NCBI RefSeq assembly: GCF_009914755.1
Contig: NC_060939.1
Source: the human T2T-CHM13v2.0 reference genome, Homo sapiens
Length of the DNA: 64,000 bases
Direction: 5' to 3' (one strand)
Each line of letters begins with the position of its first letter. Within the stretch, counting starts at the first letter, position 1. The notes beneath the pieces were generated by a model. That model did no database searches. It saw only the letters and a program-made list of their open reading frames with translations, and was not told the DNA's origin. Of this stretch, positions 41,323 to 57,851 are shown in pieces. The position numbers and the translations under genes were made by a program.

Positions 41323-44300
41323 TCCTTTCCATTCGAGTCCATTCCACTCCACTCCATTCCATTCGAATACATTTCACTCCAGTCCATTCCATTCGAATTC
41401 ATTTCACTCCAGTCCATTAAATTCGAGTACATTCCATTCCATTCTATTCAATGCCATTCCATTCGATTCTATTCCTTTTGACACCATTCCGTTCCATCCG
41501 ATTCCATTCCATTTTATTCCATTCAATTCCATTCCATTGCATTCCATTCCATTCCATTCGTTTCCATTTCATTCTAATTCATTCCGCTCAAGTCCATTCC
41601 TTTCGAGTCCATTCCCTTCCAGTCCATTCCAATAGAGTCCATTGCTTTCCATTCCATTCGATATCTTCCCATTACAGTCCATTCCATTCTATTCCTTTGG
41701 TTCCCATTCAATTCAATTCCATTTGATTACATTTCATTTGATTACATTCCATTCGACTCCATTCCATTCGAGTCCATTCCATTCCAGTCCATTCCATTCG
41801 ATTCCATTCCATTCGATTCCATTCCACTCATTTCCACTCCGTTGCATTCCATTGCATTCCATTCTATTCCATTCCATTGCATTCCATTCCTTTCGATTCC
41901 ATTCCATTCGAATCAATTACATTGCAATGCATTACTTTCATGCCCTTTCTATTAAAGTCCAATGCATTATGGTCCATTCCATTCAATTCCATTCTATTCC
42001 ATTCCATTCGAATCAATTACATTGCAATCCATCACATTCAAGTACCTTCTGTTCCAGTCCATTCAATTCTGCTCTATTCCATTCAATTCCATTCCCTTTG
42101 TTTCCATTCCATTCTTGTACATTCCACTGGATTCCATCTCATTGAAATAAGTTCTATTCGAGACCATTTCTTCGAGTCCAATCAATTTGAGTCCATTCCA
42201 TTCGAGTCCATTACATCTGGGTCTATTCCATTCCATCCCATTCCATTCGATGCCATTCAATTTGATTCTTTTCCTTTCGGCTCCATTCCTTTCCTTTCAG
42301 TTCCATCGGATTCCATTCCATTCTATTCCTTTCCATTTCATTGCATTCCATTCCATTCCACTGGAGACCATTCCACTTCAGTGCATTCCATTCCAGTGTA
42401 TTCCATTCCATTCCATTCCATTCCATTCCATTCCATTCCATTCCATTCCATTCGATATCTTTCCATTACACTCCATTCCATTGTATTCCTTTACAGTCCA
42501 TTCATTTCCATTCTATTCGATTCCATTCAATTCAATTCCATTACATTCGACTCCATTTCATTCGAGTCCATTGCTATCCATTTCATTCCAATTCTTTCTG
42601 TTCTATTCCATTCCGTTCGATTCCATTTTGTTCCAGTCCATTCCATTCGAGTCCATTGCTTTCCAGTGCAATTCATTTGATTCCACTCCATTCGATTCCA
42701 TTCCACTCAATTCCACTCCGTTCCATTCCTTTGCGTTCCTTTCTCTTCCATTCCATTGCATTCCATTCCATTCCATTCCATTTGTTTACATTCCATTGAA
42801 TTCCAATCCAGTTGAATCAATTACATTGCAGTCCATTACATTCGAGTCTGTTCTATCCCAGTTCATTCGATTCTGGTGCATTCCATTGGATTCCTTTCCA
42901 TTCGATACCATTCCATACTATTGCATTCCATTCGATTCCATTGTTTTCGAATAAATTCCAATCGAGACCATTCCTTTCGTGTCCATTCTATTTGACTCCA
43001 TTCCATTTGAGTCCAATAAATTTGTGAACATTCCATTCCTTTCCATTCCATTCCATTCCATTCCATTCGGTGCCATTCCATTCCACTCTATTCCATTCAA
43101 GTCCATTCTATTTGATTCCATTCCATTCCATTCGATGCCATTACATTCAATTCTATTCCATTCGACTCCATTCAATTCCATTCTCTTCCAAACGATTCCA
43201 TTCCATTCTATTACTTTCTATTCCAATCCATTCCATTCCTTTCCATTCGTTTCCATTCCATTCGAGTCCACTCCACTCCAGTCCATTCCATTCCAGGCCA
43301 TTCCATTCAAGTCCATTCCACTCCATTCCATTCCATTCGATATCTTTCAATAACACCCCATTCCATTCTGTTCCTTACAAATCAATTCAATTCCATTCCA
43401 TTTGATTCCATTAAATTCGATTACATTCCATTCGACTCCATTCCATTCGACTCTATTCCATTCAAGTCCATTCCATTCCATTCCATTGCATTCCGTTCGA
43501 ATCCCTATTCCATTGCATTTTGTTCCAGTCCATTCCATTTGAGTCCATTCCATGCCAAATCATTCCATTTGATTCCATTCCAATCGATTCCATTGCACTC
43601 GAATCCAGTGCGTTCCATTCCATTGCTTTCCATTCTATTACATTCCATTGCATTACTTTGCATTCCATTTGATTACATTCCTTTCGATTGCATTAATTTC
43701 GAATCAATTACATTGCAATCCATTGCATTCGAGTTCTATTCCAGTCCATTCCAGTCCATTCAAATCAGGCCCATTCCGTTCCATTCCATTCCATTCGATT
43801 CCATTCCATTCGAATCGATTGCATTGCAATGCTTTACATTCAAGTCTGTTTTATTCCAGTCCAATCCATTCCGGTCCATTCCGTTCGATTCCATTCCATT
43901 CGATGCCATTCCATACTATTGTATTTCATTCGATTCCATTCTATTCAAATAAATTCCACTCGAGACCATTCCTTTGAGTCCATTCTATTTGAGTCCATTC
44001 CATTCGAGTCCATTACATTTGGGTCCATTCCATTCAATTCCAATGCAATCCATTCCATTCGATGTCACTCCATTCATTTTTATTCCATTAGAATCCATGT
44101 CATTCGAGTCCATTCCATTCTATTCCATTCCACTCCATTCCATTCCATTCCACTCCATTCCATTCGTTGCCGTTCCATTCAATTCTATTATATTCCACTC
44201 CATTTAATTCCATTCCATTCCATTCCATTCTATCCAATTCCGTTCCATTCTATTCCTTTAAATTCTTCCATTCCATTCCATTCGTTTCCATTCCATTCGA

Positions 44301-44339
44301 GTAAAGTCCACTCCAGTCCTTTCCATTCGAGTCCATTCC
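41323..44339 (+). repeat. Divergent HSat3 block, copy 2 (2994 bp plus 23-bp end)
   Basis: Same motifs and junctions as copy 1, with +10 bp in the CATTC tract near 42410. Confidence 0.9.
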
Positions 44340-47300
44340 TCTCCAGTGCATTCCGTTCAATCCATTCCATTCCAGTCCATTCCATTCGACTCCGTTCCAT
44401 TCCAGTCCATTCCATTCGAGTCAATTCCATTCAATTCGATATCTTTCCATAACGATCCATTCCATTCTATTCCTTTCGATTCCATTCCATTCTATTTCAT
44501 TCCATTCGATTCCCTTCCATTGCACTCCTTTCCATTCGAGTGCATTCCATTCCGTTCCATTTCTTTCCGTTCTGTACAATTCCTACCGTTCGATTTCATT
44601 TGGTTCCAGTCCATTCCTTTCGCGTCCATTCCATTCCATTTCACTCCATTCGATTCCATTCCATTCGATTCCATTCCACTCGATTCCACTTCGTTCCATT
44701 TCATTGCATTCCATTCTATTCACCTCTATTGCCTTCCATTCCATTCCATTCGATTACATTCCATGCGATTCCATTCGAAATTGAATCAATTACATTGCTA
44801 TCCATTACTATTGAGTCCGTTTTATTCCAGTGCACTGCATTCTGGTCCATTCCATTTGATTCCATTCCATTCTATTCCATTCCATACAGTTGCATTCCAT
44901 TGGATTCCATTCTATATCTATAAATTCAATTCGAGACCATTGCTTTTGAGTCCATTCTATATGATTCCATTCCATTCAAGTCCATTACATTTGGTTCAAT
45001 TCCATTCCATTCCATTCCCTTCCATTCCATTCCATTTGATATCAATCCATTCGATTCCATTCCATTCGAGCACATTCCATTCGAGTCCATTCCATTCGAT
45101 GCCATTCCATTTGATTCTATTCCATTAGTCTCCTTTCAATTCCATTAATCTCCATTCCATTCCATTCTACTCTAACTGATTCCATGCCATTCTATTCCTT
45201 TCCATTCCATTTCATTCCATTCCATTCCATTTCATTCCATTCCATTCCATTCGCTTCCATTCCATTCGTGTCCATTCCACTCCAGTCCATTCCATTCGTG
45301 TCCATTCCATTCCAGTCCATTCCATTTGTGTCCACTGCATTCCATTCCACTCCATTCCATATTATTCCATTACACTCCATTCCATTCTGTTACTTTCATT
45401 TCCATTCAATTCCATTGCATTTGATTCCATTCCACTCGGTTTCATTCCATTTGAGTCCATTCCATTCCATTCCATTCCATTCCATTCCATTCCATTCCTT
45501 TCAGTTCCATTCCATTCCGTTCCATTGCATTCCGTTCCATTCCATTCCATTCCATTCCATTCCGTTCCATTCCATTCCATTCCATTCCATTCCATTCCAT
45601 TCCATTCGGTAACATTCCATATTGTTCCATTCGATTCCATTTGAATCCATCCATTCCAGTCCATTCCATTCGATTCCAATCCATTCCTTTCAATTCCCTT
45701 CCATTCCATTCCATTCCACTTGATTCCACTCCATTCCCTTCCACTGCATTTCATTCGATTCCTTTCCATTGCATTGCATTCCATTCCTTTGGATTGCATT
45801 CCATTCGATTCCATTCCATTCGAATCAATTACATAGCAATCCATTACATTCGAGTCTATTCTATTCCGTTCCATTCGATTTCGTTCCAATCCATTCGATT
45901 CCATTCCATTCGATTCCATTCCATGCTATTGCATTCCATTCGATTACATTATATTCGAATAAGTTCCATTCAAGACCATTTCTTTTGAGTCCATTCTATT
46001 TGAGTCCATTCCCTTTGATTCCATAACATTTGAGTCCATTCAATTCCATTCCTTTCGTTTCCATTCCATTTGATGCCATTCCATTCAATTCTGTTCTACT
46101 CGACTCCAATACATTCAATTCCATTCCATCCGATTCCATTACATTCTTTTCATTTCTTATCCATTTCAAGCCATTCCATTCCATTCCATTCCACTCGTTT
46201 CCTTTCCATTCGAGTCCATTCCTCTCCAGTCCATTCCGTTCAATCCATTCCATTCCAGTCCATTCCATTCGAGTCCATTCCCTTCCAGTCCATTCCATTC
46301 GAGTCAATTCCATTCCATTCGATATCTTTCCATAACGATCCATTCCATTCTATTCCTTTCGATTCCATTCCATTCTATTTCATTCCATTCGATTCCCTTC
46401 CATTGGACTCCTTTCCATTCGAGTGCATTCCATTCCGTTCCGTTTCTTTCCGTTCTGTACGATTCCTACCGTTCGATTTCATTTTGTTCCAGTCCATTCC
46501 TTTCGCGTCCATTCCATTCCATTTCACTCCATTCGATTCCATTCCACTCGATTCCACTTCGTTCCATTTCATTGCATTCCGTTCTATTCAACTCTATTGC
46601 CTTCCATTCCATTCCATTCGATTACATTCCATGCGATTCCATTCGAAATTGAATCAATTACATTGCAATCCATTACTATTGAGTCCGTTTTATTCCAGTC
46701 CACTGCATTCTGGTCCATTCCATTTGATTCCATTCCATTCTATTCCATTCCATACAGTTGCATTCCATTGGATTCCATTCTATATCTATAAATTCAATTC
46801 GAGGCCATTACTTTTGAGTCCATTCTATATGATTCCATTCCATTCAAGTCTATTACATTTGGTACAATTCCCTTCCATTCCATTCCCTTCCATTCCATTC
46901 CATTTGATATCAATCCATTCGATTCCATTCCATTCGAGCACATTCCATTCGAGTCCATTCCATTCGATGCCATTCCATTTGATTCTATTCCATTAGTCTC
47001 CATTCAATTCCATTAATCTCCATTCCATTCCATTCTACTCCAACTGATTCAATTCCATTCTATTCCTTTCCATTCCATTTCATTCCATTCCATTCCATTC
47101 TATTCCATTCCATTCCATTTCATTCCATTCCATTCCATTCGCTTCCATTCCATTCGTGTCCATTCCACTCCAGTCCATTCCATTCGTGTCCATTCCATTC
47201 CAGTCCATTCCATTTGTGTCCACTGCATTCCATTCCACTCCATTCCATATTATTCCATTACACTCCATTCCATTCTATTACTTTCATTTCCATTCAATTC

Positions 47301-48063
47301 CATTCCATTTGATTCCTTTCCACTCGGTTTCATTCCATTTGAATCCATTCCATTCCATTCCATTCCATTCCGTTCCATTCCATTCCATTCCGTTCCATTC
47401 CTTTCAGTTCCATTCCATTCTGTTCCATTCCATTCCATTCCATTCCATTCCATTCCATTCCATTCCATTCGGTACCATTCCATATTGTTCCATTTGATTC
47501 CATTCGAATCCATTCCATTCCAGTCCATTCCATTCGATTCCATTCCATTCCTTTCAATTCCATTCCATTCCATTCCATTCCACTTGATTCCACTCCATTC
47601 CCTTCCACTGCATTCCATTCGATTCCATTCCATTGCATTGCATTCCATTCCATTGGATTGCATTCCATTCGATTCCATTCCATTCGAATCAATTACATAG
47701 CAATCCATTACATTCGAGTCTATTCTATTGTGTTCCATTCGATTTCGTTCCAATCCATTCGATTCCATTCCATTCGATTCCATTCCATACTATTGCATTC
47801 CATTCGATTAAATTATATTCGAATAATTTCCATTCAAGACCATTTCTTTTGAGTCCATTCTATTTGAGTCCATTCCCTTTGATTCCATAACATTTGAGTC
47901 CATTCAATTCCATTCCTTTCGTTTCCATTCCATCTGATGCCATTCCATTCAATTCTGTTCTACTCGACTCCAATACATTCAATTCCATTCCATCCGATTC
48001 CATTACATTCTTTTCATTTCTTATCCATTTCAAGCCATTCCATTCCTTTCCATTCCACTCGTT

Positions 48064-51000
48064 TCCTTTCCATTCGAGTCCATTCCACTCCACTCCATTC
48101 CATTCGAATACATTTCACTCCAGTCCATTCCATTCGAATTCATTTCACTCCAGTCCATTAAATTCGAGTACATTCCATTCCATTCTATTCAATGCCATTC
48201 CATTCGATTCTATTCCTTTTGACACCATTCCGTTCCATCCGATTCCATTCCATTGTATTCCATTCAATTCCATTCCATTGCATTCCATTCCATTCCATTC
48301 GTTTCCATTTCATTCTAATTCATTCCGCTCAAGTGCATTCCATTCGAGTCCATTCCCTTCCAGTCCATTCCAATAGAGTCCATTGCTTTCCATTCCATTC
48401 GATATCTTCCCATTACAGTCCATTCCATTCTATTCCTTTGGTTCCCATTCAATTCAATTCCATTTGATTACATTTCATTTGATTACATTCCATTCGACTC
48501 CATTCCATTTGAGTCCATTCCATTCCAGTCCATTCCATTCGATTCCATTCCATTCGATTCCATTCCACTCATTTCCACTCCGTTGCATTCCATTGCATTC
48601 CATTCTATTCCATTCCATTGCATTCCATTCCTTTCGATTCCATTCCATTCGAATCAATTACATTGCAATGCATTACTTTCATGCCCTTTCTATTAAAGTC
48701 CAATGCATTATGGTCCATTCCATTCAATTCCATTCTATTCCATTCCATTCGAATCAATTACATTGCAATCCATCACATTCAAGTACCTTCTGTTCCAGTC
48801 CATTCAATTCTGGTCTATTCCATTCAATTCCATTCCCTTTGTTTCCATTCCATTCTTGTACATTCCATTGGATTCCATCTAATTGAAATAAGTTCTATTC
48901 GAAACCATTTCTTCGAGTCCAATCAATTTGAGTCCATTCCATTCGAGTCCATTACATCTGGGTCTATTCCATTCCATCCCATTCCATTCGATGCCATTCA
49001 ATTTGATTCTTTTCCTTTCGGCTCCATTCCTTTCCTTTCAGTTCCATCGGATTCCATTCCATTCTATTCCTTTCCATTTCATTGCATTCCATTCCATTCC
49101 ACTAGAGACCATTCCACTTCAGTGCATTCCATTCCAGTGTATTCCATTCCAGTGTATTCCATTCCATTCCATTCCATTCCATTCCATTCCATTCCATTCG
49201 ATATCTTTCCATTACACTCCATTCCATTGTATTCCTTTACAGTCCATTCATTTCCATTCTATTCGATTCCATTCAATTCAATTCCATTACATTCGACTCC
49301 ATTTCATTCGAGTCCATTGCTATCCATTTCATTCCAATTCTTTCTGTTCTATTCCATTCCGTTCGATTCCATTTTGTTCCAGTCCATTCCATTCGAGTCC
49401 ATTGCTTTCCAGTGCAATTCATTTGATTCCACTCCATTCGATTCCATTCCACTCAATTCCACTCCGTTCCATTCCTTTGCGTTCCTTTCTCTTCCATTCC
49501 ATTGCATTCCATTCCATTCCATTCCATTTGTTTACATTCCATTGAATTCCAATCCAGTTGAATCAATTACATTGCAGTCCATTACATTCGAGTCTGTTCT
49601 ATCCCAGTTCATTCGATTCTGGTGCATTCCATTGGATTCCTTTCCATTCGATACCATTCCATACTATTGCATTCCATTCGATTCCATTGTTTTCGAATAA
49701 ATTCCAATCGAGACCATTCCTTTCGTGTCCATTCTATTTGACTCCATTCCATTTGAGTCCAATAAATTTGTGAACATTCCATTCCTTTCCATTCCATTCC
49801 ATTCCATTCCATTCGGTGCCATTCCATTCCACTCTATTCCATTCAAGTCCATTCTATTTGATTCCATTCCATTCCATTCGATGCCATTACATTCAATTCT
49901 ATTCCATTCGACTCCATTCAATTCCATTCTCTTCCAAACGATTCCATTCCATTCTATTACTTTCTATTCCAATCCATTCCATTCCTTTCCATTCGTTTCC
50001 ATTCCATTCGAGTCCACTCCACTCCAGTCCATTCCATTCCAGGCCATTCCATTCAAGTCCATTCCACTCCATTCCATTCCATTCGATATCTTTCAATAAC
50101 ACCCCATTCCATTCTGTTCCTTACAAATCAATTCAATTCCATTCCATTTGATTCCATTAAATTCGATTACATTCCATTCGACTCCATTCCATTCGACTCT
50201 ATTCCATTCAAGTCCATTCCATTCCATTCCATTGCATTCCGTTCGAATCCCTATTCCATTGCATTTTGTTCCAGTCCATTCCATTTGAGTCCATTCCATG
50301 CCAAATCATTCCATTTGATTCCATTCCAATCGATTCCATTGCACTCGAATCCAGTGCGTTCCATTCCATTGCTTTCCATTCTATTACATTCCATTGCATT
50401 ACTTTGCATTCCATTTGATTACATTCCTTTCGATTGCATTAATTTCGAATCAATTGCATTGCAATCCATTGCATTCGAGTTCTATTCCAGTCCATTCCAG
50501 TCCATTCAAATCAGGCCCATTCCGTTCCATTCCATTCCATTCGATTCCATTCCATTCGAATCGATTGCATTGCAATGCTTTACATTCAAGTCTGTTTTAT
50601 TCCAGTCCAATCCATTCCGGTCCATTCCGTTCGATTCCATTCCATTCGATGCCATTCCATACTATTGTATTTCATTCGATTCCATTCTATTCAAATAAAT
50701 TCCACTCGAGACCATTCCTTTGAGTCCATTCTATTTGAGTCCATTCCATTCGAGTCCATTACATTTGGGTCCATTCCATTCAATTCCAATGCAATCCATT
50801 CCATTCGATGTCACTCCATTCATTTTTATTCCATTAGAATCCATGTCATTCGAGTCCATTCCATTCTATTCCATTCCACTCCATTCCATTCCATTCCACT
50901 CCATTCCATTCGTTGCCGTTCCATTCAATTCTATTATATTCCACTCCATTTAATTCCATTCCATTCCATTCCATTCTATCCAATTCCGTTCCATTCTATT

Positions 51001-51085
51001 CCTTTAAATTCTTCCATTCCATTCCATTCGTTTCCATTCCATTCGAGTAAAGTCCACTCCAGTCCTTCCCATTCGAGTCCATTCC
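48064..51085 (+). repeat. Divergent HSat3 block, copy 3 (2999 bp plus 23-bp end)
   Basis: Same block, with a 15-bp duplication of CCAGTGTATTCCATT (~49134-49163) and variants CTAATTGAAA, GAAACC and ACTAGAGACC. Confidence 0.9.
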
Positions 51086-54000
51086 TCTCCAGTGCATTCC
51101 GTTCAATCCATTCCATTCCAGTCCATTCCATTCGAGTCCGTTCCATTCCAGTCCATTCCATTCGAGTCAATTCCATTCAATTCGATATCTTTCCATAACG
51201 ATCCATTCCATTCTATTCCTTTCGATTCCATTCCATTCTATTTCATTCCATTCGATTCCCTTCCATTGGACTCCTTTTCATTCGAGTGCATTCCATTCCG
51301 TTCCATTTCATTCCGTTTTGTACAATTCCTACCGTTCGATTTCATTTTGTTCCAGTCCATTCCTTTCGCGTCCATTCCATTCCATTTCACTCCATTCGAT
51401 TCCATTCCATTCGATTCCATTCCACTCGATTCCACTTCGTTCCATTTCATTGCATTCCATTCTATTCACCTCTATTGCCTTCCATTCCATTCCATTCGAT
51501 TACATTCCATGCGATTCCATTCGAAATTGAATCAATTACATTGCTATCCATTACTATTGAGTCCGTTTTATTCCAGTCCACTGCATTCTGGTCCATTCCA
51601 TTTGATTCCATTCCATTCTATTCCATTCCATACAGTTGCATTCCATTGGATTCCATTCTATATCTATAAATTCAATTCGAGACCATTGCTTTTGAGTCCA
51701 TTCTATATGATTCCATTCCATTCAAGTCCATTACATTTGGTTCAATTCCATTCCATTCCATTCCCTTCCATTCCATTCCATTTGATATCAATCCATTCGA
51801 TTCCATTCCATTCGAGCACATTCCATTCGAGTCCATTCCATTCGATGCCATTCCATTTGATTCTATTCCATTAGTCTCCTTTCAATTCCATTAATCTCCA
51901 TTCCATTCCATTCTACTCCAACTGATTCCATTCCATTCTATTCCTTTCCATTCCATTTCATTCCATTCCATTCCATTTCATTCCATTCCATTCCATTCGC
52001 TTCCATTCCGTTCGTGTCCATTCCACTCCAGTCCATTCCATTCGTGTCCATTCCATTCCAGTCCATTCCATTTGTGTCCACTGCATTCCATTCCACTCCA
52101 TTCCATATTATTCCATTACACTCCATTCCATTCTATTACTTTCATTTCCATTCAATTCCATTCCATTTGATTCCATTCCACTCGGTTTCATTCCATTTGA
52201 GTCCATTCCATTCCATTCCATTCCATTCCATTCCATTCCATTCCATTCCGTTCCATTCCTTTCAGTTCCATTCCATTCTGTTCCATTCCATTCCGTTCCA
52301 TTCCATTCCATTCCATTCCATTCCATTCCGTTCCATTCCATTCCATTCCATTCCATTCCATTCCATTCCATTCGGTAACATTCCATATTGTTCCATTCGA
52401 TTCCATTTGAATCCATCCATTCCAGTCCATTCCATTCGATTCCATTCCATTCCTTTCAATTCCCTTCCATTCCATTCCATTCCACTTGATTCCACTCCAT
52501 TCCCTTCCACTGCATTTCATTCGATTCCTTTCCATTGCATTGCATTCCATTCCTTTGGATTGCATTCCATTCGATTCCATTCCATTCGAATCAATTACAT
52601 AGCAATCCATTACATTCGAGTCTATTCTATTCCGTTCCATTCGATTTCGTTCCAATCCATTCGATTCCATTCCATTCGATTCCATTCCATGCTATTGCAT
52701 TCCATTCGATTACATTATATTCGAATAAGTTCCATTCAAGACCATTTCTTTTGAGTCCATTCTATTTGAGTCCATTCCCTTTGATTCCATAACATTTGAG
52801 TCCATTCAATTCCATTCCTTTCGTTTCCATTCCATTTGATGCCATTCCATTCAATTCTGTTCTACTCGACTCCAATACATTCAATTCCATTCCATCCGAT
52901 TCCATTACATTCTTTTCATTTCTTATCCATTTCAAGCCATTCCATTCCATTCCATTCCACTCGTTTCCTTTCCATTCGAGTCCATTCCTCTCCAGTCCAT
53001 TCCGTTCAATCCATTCCATTCCAGTCCATTCCATTCGAGTCCATTCCCTTCCAGTCCATTCCATTCGAGTCAATTCCATTCCATTCGATATCTTTCCATA
53101 ACGATCCATTCCATTCTATTCCTTTCGATTCCATTCCATTCTATTTCATTCCATTCGATTCCCTTCCATTGGACTCCTTTCCATTCGAGTGCATTCCATT
53201 CCGTTCCGTTTCTTTCCGTTCTGTACGATTCCTACCGTTCGATTTCATTTTGTTCCAGTCCATTCCTTTCGCGTCCATTCCATTCCATTTCACTCCATTC
53301 GATTCCATTCCACTCGATTCCACTTCGTTCCATTTCATTGCATTCCGTTCTATTCAACTCTATTGCCTTCCATTCCATTCCATTCGATTACATTCCATGC
53401 GATTCCATTCGAAATCGAATCAATTACATTGCAATCCATTACTATTGAGTCCGTTTTATTCCAGTCCACTGCATTCTGGTCCATTCCATTTGATTCCATT
53501 CCATTCTATTCCATTCCATACAGTTGCATTCCATTGGATTCCATTCTATATCTATAAATTCAATTCGAGGCCATTACTTTTGAGTCCATTCTATATGATT
53601 CCATTCCATTCAAGTCTATTACATTTGGTACAATTCCCTTCCATTCCATTCCCTTCCATTCCATTCCATTTGATATCAATCCATTCGATTCCATTCCATT
53701 CGAGCACATTCCATTCGAGTCCATTCCATTCGATGCCATTCCATTTGATTCTATTCCATTAGTCTCCATTCAATTCCATTAATCTCCATTCCATTCCATT
53801 CTACTCCAACTGATTCAATTCCATTCTATTCCTTTCCATTCCATTTCATTCCATTCCATTCCATTCTATTCCATTCCATTCCATTTCATTCCATTCCATT
53901 CCATTCGCTTCCATTCCATTCGTGTCCATTCCACTCCAGTCCATTCCATTCGTGTCCATTCCATTCCAGTCCATTCCATTTGTGTCCACTGCATTCCATT

Positions 54001-54829
54001 CCACTCCATTCCATATTATTCCATTACACTCCATTCCATTCTATTACTTTCATTTCCATTCAATTCCATTCCATTTGATTCCTTTCCACTCGGTTTCATT
54101 CCATTTGAATCCATTCCATTCCATTCCATTCCATTCCGTTCCATTCCATTCCATTCCGTTCCATTCCTTTCAGTTCCATTCCATTCTGTTCCATTCCATT
54201 CCATTCCATTCCATTCCATTCCATTCCATTCCATTCGGTACCATTCCATATTGTTCCATTTGATTCCATTCGAATCCATTCCATTCCAGTCCATTCCATT
54301 CGATTCCATTCCATTCCTTTCAATTCCATTCCATTCCATTCCATTCCACTTGATTCCACTCCATTCCCTTCCACTGCATTCCATTCGATTCCATTCCATT
54401 GCATTGCATTCCATTCCATTGGATTGCATTCCATTCGATTCCATTCCATTCGAATCAATTACATAGCAATCCATTACATTCGAGTCTATTCTATTGTGTT
54501 CCATTCGATTTCGTTCCAATCCATTCGATTCCATTCCATTCGATTCCATTCCATACTATTGCATTCCATTCGATTAAATTATATTCGAATAATTTCCATT
54601 CAAGACCATTTCTTTTGAGTCCATTCTATTTGAGTCCATTCCCTTTGATTCCATAACATTTGAGTCCATTCAATTCCATTCCTTTCGTTTCCATTCCATC
54701 TGATGCCATTCCATTCAATTCTGTTCTACTCGACTCCAATACATTCAATTCCATTCCATCCGATTCCATTACATTCTTTTCATTTCTTATCCATTTCAAG
54801 CCATTCCATTCCTTTCCATTCCACTCGTT

Positions 54830-57800
54830 TCCTTTCCATTCGAGTCCATTCCACTCCACTCCATTCCATTCGAATACATTTCACTCCAGTCCATTCCATT
54901 CGAATTCATTTCACTCCAGTCCATTAAATTCGAGTACATTCCATTCCATTCTATTCAATGCCATTCCATTCGATTCTATTCCTTTTGACACCATTCCGTT
55001 CCATCCGATTCCATTCCATTGTATTCCATTCAATTCCATTCCATTGCATTCCATTCCATTCCATTCGTTTCCATTTCATTCTAATTCATTCCGCTCAAGT
55101 GCATTCCATTCGAGTCCATTCCCTTCCAGTCCATTCCAATAGAGTCCATTGCTTTCCATTCCATTCGATATCTTCCCATTACAGTCCATTCCATTCTATT
55201 CCTTTGGTTCCCATTCAATTCAATTCCATTTGATTACATTTCATTTGATTACATTCCATTCGACTCCATTCCATTTGAGTCCATTCCATTCCAGTCCATT
55301 CCATTCGATTCCATTCCATTCGATTCCATTCCACTCATTTCCACTCCGTTGCATTCCATTGCATTCCATTCTATTCCATTCCATTGCATTCCATTCCTTT
55401 CGATTCCATTCCATTCGAATCAATTACATTGCAATGCATTACTTTCATGCCCTTTCTATTAAAGTCCAATGCATTATGGTCCATTCCATTCAATTCCATT
55501 CTATTCCATTCCATTCGAATCAATTACATTGCAATCCATCACATTCAAGTACCTTCTGTTCCAGTCCATTCAATTCTGGTCTATTCCATTCAATTCCATT
55601 CCCTTTGTTTCCATTCCATTCTTGTACATTCCATTGGATTCCATCTAATTGAAATAAGTTCTATTCGAAACCATTTCTTCGAGTCCAATCAATTTGAGTC
55701 CATTCCATTCGAGTCCATTACATCTGGGTCTATTCCATTCCATCCCATTCCATTCGATGCCATTCAATTTGATTCTTTTCCTTTCGGCTCCATTCCTTTC
55801 CTTTCAGTTCCATCGGATTCCATTCCATTCTATTCCTTTCCATTTCATTGCATTCCATTCCATTCCACTAGAGACCATTCCACTTCAGTGCATTCCATTC
55901 CAGTGTATTCCATTCCAGTGTATTCCATTCCATTCCATTCCATTCCATTCCATTCCATTCCATTCGATATCTTTCCATTACACTCCATTCCATTGTATTC
56001 CTTTACAGTCCATTCATTTCCATTCTATTCGATTCCATTCAATTCAATTCCATTACATTCGACTCCATTTCATTCGAGTCCATTGCTATCCATTTCATTC
56101 CAATTCTTTCTGTTCTATTCCATTCCGTTCGATTCCATTTTGTTCCAGTCCATTCCATTCGAGTCCATTGCTTTCCAGTGCAATTCATTTGATTCCACTC
56201 CATTCGATTCCATTCCACTCAATTCCACTCCGTTCCATTCCTTTGCGTTCCTTTCTCTTCCATTCCATTGCATTCCATTCCATTCCATTCCATTTGTTTA
56301 CATTCCATTGAATTCCAATCCAGTTGAATCAATTACATTGCAGTCCATTACATTCGAGTCTGTTCTATCCCAGTTCATTCGATTCTGGTGCATTCCATTG
56401 GATTCCTTTCCATTCGATACCATTCCATACTATTGCATTCCATTCGATTCCATTGTTTTCGAATAAATTCCAATCGAGACCATTCCTTTCGTGTCCATTC
56501 TATTTGACTCCATTCCATTTGAGTCCAATAAATTTGTGAACATTCCATTCCTTTCCATTCCATTCCATTCCATTCCATTCGGTGCCATTCCATTCCACTC
56601 TATTCCATTCAAGTCCATTCTATTTGATTCCATTCCATTCCATTCGATGCCATTACATTCAATTCTATTCCATTCGACTCCATTCAATTCCATTCTCTTC
56701 CAAACGATTCCATTCCATTCTATTACTTTCTATTCCAATCCATTCCATTCCTTTCCATTCGTTTCCATTCCATTCGAGTCCACTCCACTCCAGTCCATTC
56801 CATTCCAGGCCATTCCATTCAAGTCCATTCCACTCCATTCCATTCCATTCGATATCTTTCAATAACACCCCATTCCATTCTGTTCCTTACAAATCAATTC
56901 AATTCCATTCCATTTGATTCCATTAAATTCGATTACATTCCATTCGACTCCATTCCATTCGACTCTATTCCATTCAAGTCCATTCCATTCCATTCCATTG
57001 CATTCCGTTCGAATCCCTATTCCATTGCATTTTGTTCCAGTCCATTCCATTTGAGTCCATTCCATGCCAAATCATTCCATTTGATTCCATTCCAATCGAT
57101 TCCATTGCACTCGAATCCAGTGCGTTCCATTCCATTGCTTTCCATTCTATTACATTCCATTGCATTACTTTGCATTCCATTTGATTACATTCCTTTCGAT
57201 TGCATTAATTTCGAATCAATTGCATTGCAATCCATTGCATTCGAGTTCTATTCCAGTCCATTCCAGTCCATTCAAATCAGGCCCATTCCGTTCCATTCCA
57301 TTCCATTCGATTCCATTCCATTCGAATCGATTGCATTGCAATGCTTTACATTCAAGTCTGTTTTATTCCAGTCCAATCCATTCCGGTCCATTCCGTTCGA
57401 TTCCATTCCATTCGATGCCATTCCATACTATTGTATTTCATTCGATTCCATTCTATTCAAATAAATTCCACTCGAGACCATTCCTTTGAGTCCATTCTAT
57501 TTGAGTCCATTCCATTCGAGTCCATTACATTTGGGTCCATTCCATTCAATTCCAATGCAATCCATTCCATTCGATGTCACTCCATTCATTTTTATTCCAT
57601 TAGAATCCATGTCATTCGAGTCCATTCCATTCTATTCCATTCCACTCCATTCCATTCCATTCCACTCCATTCCATTCGTTGCCGTTCCATTCAATTCTAT
57701 TATATTCCACTCCATTTAATTCCATTCCATTCCATTCCATTCTATCCAATTCCGTTCCATTCTATTCCTTTAAATTCTTCCATTCCATTCCATTCGTTTC

Positions 57801-57851
57801 CATTCCATTCGAGTAAAGTCCACTCCAGTCCTTCCCATTCGAGTCCATTCC
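54830..57851 (+). repeat. Divergent HSat3 block, copy 4 (2999 bp plus 23-bp end)
   Basis: Carries the same private variants as copy 3 at offset 6766. Confidence 0.9.
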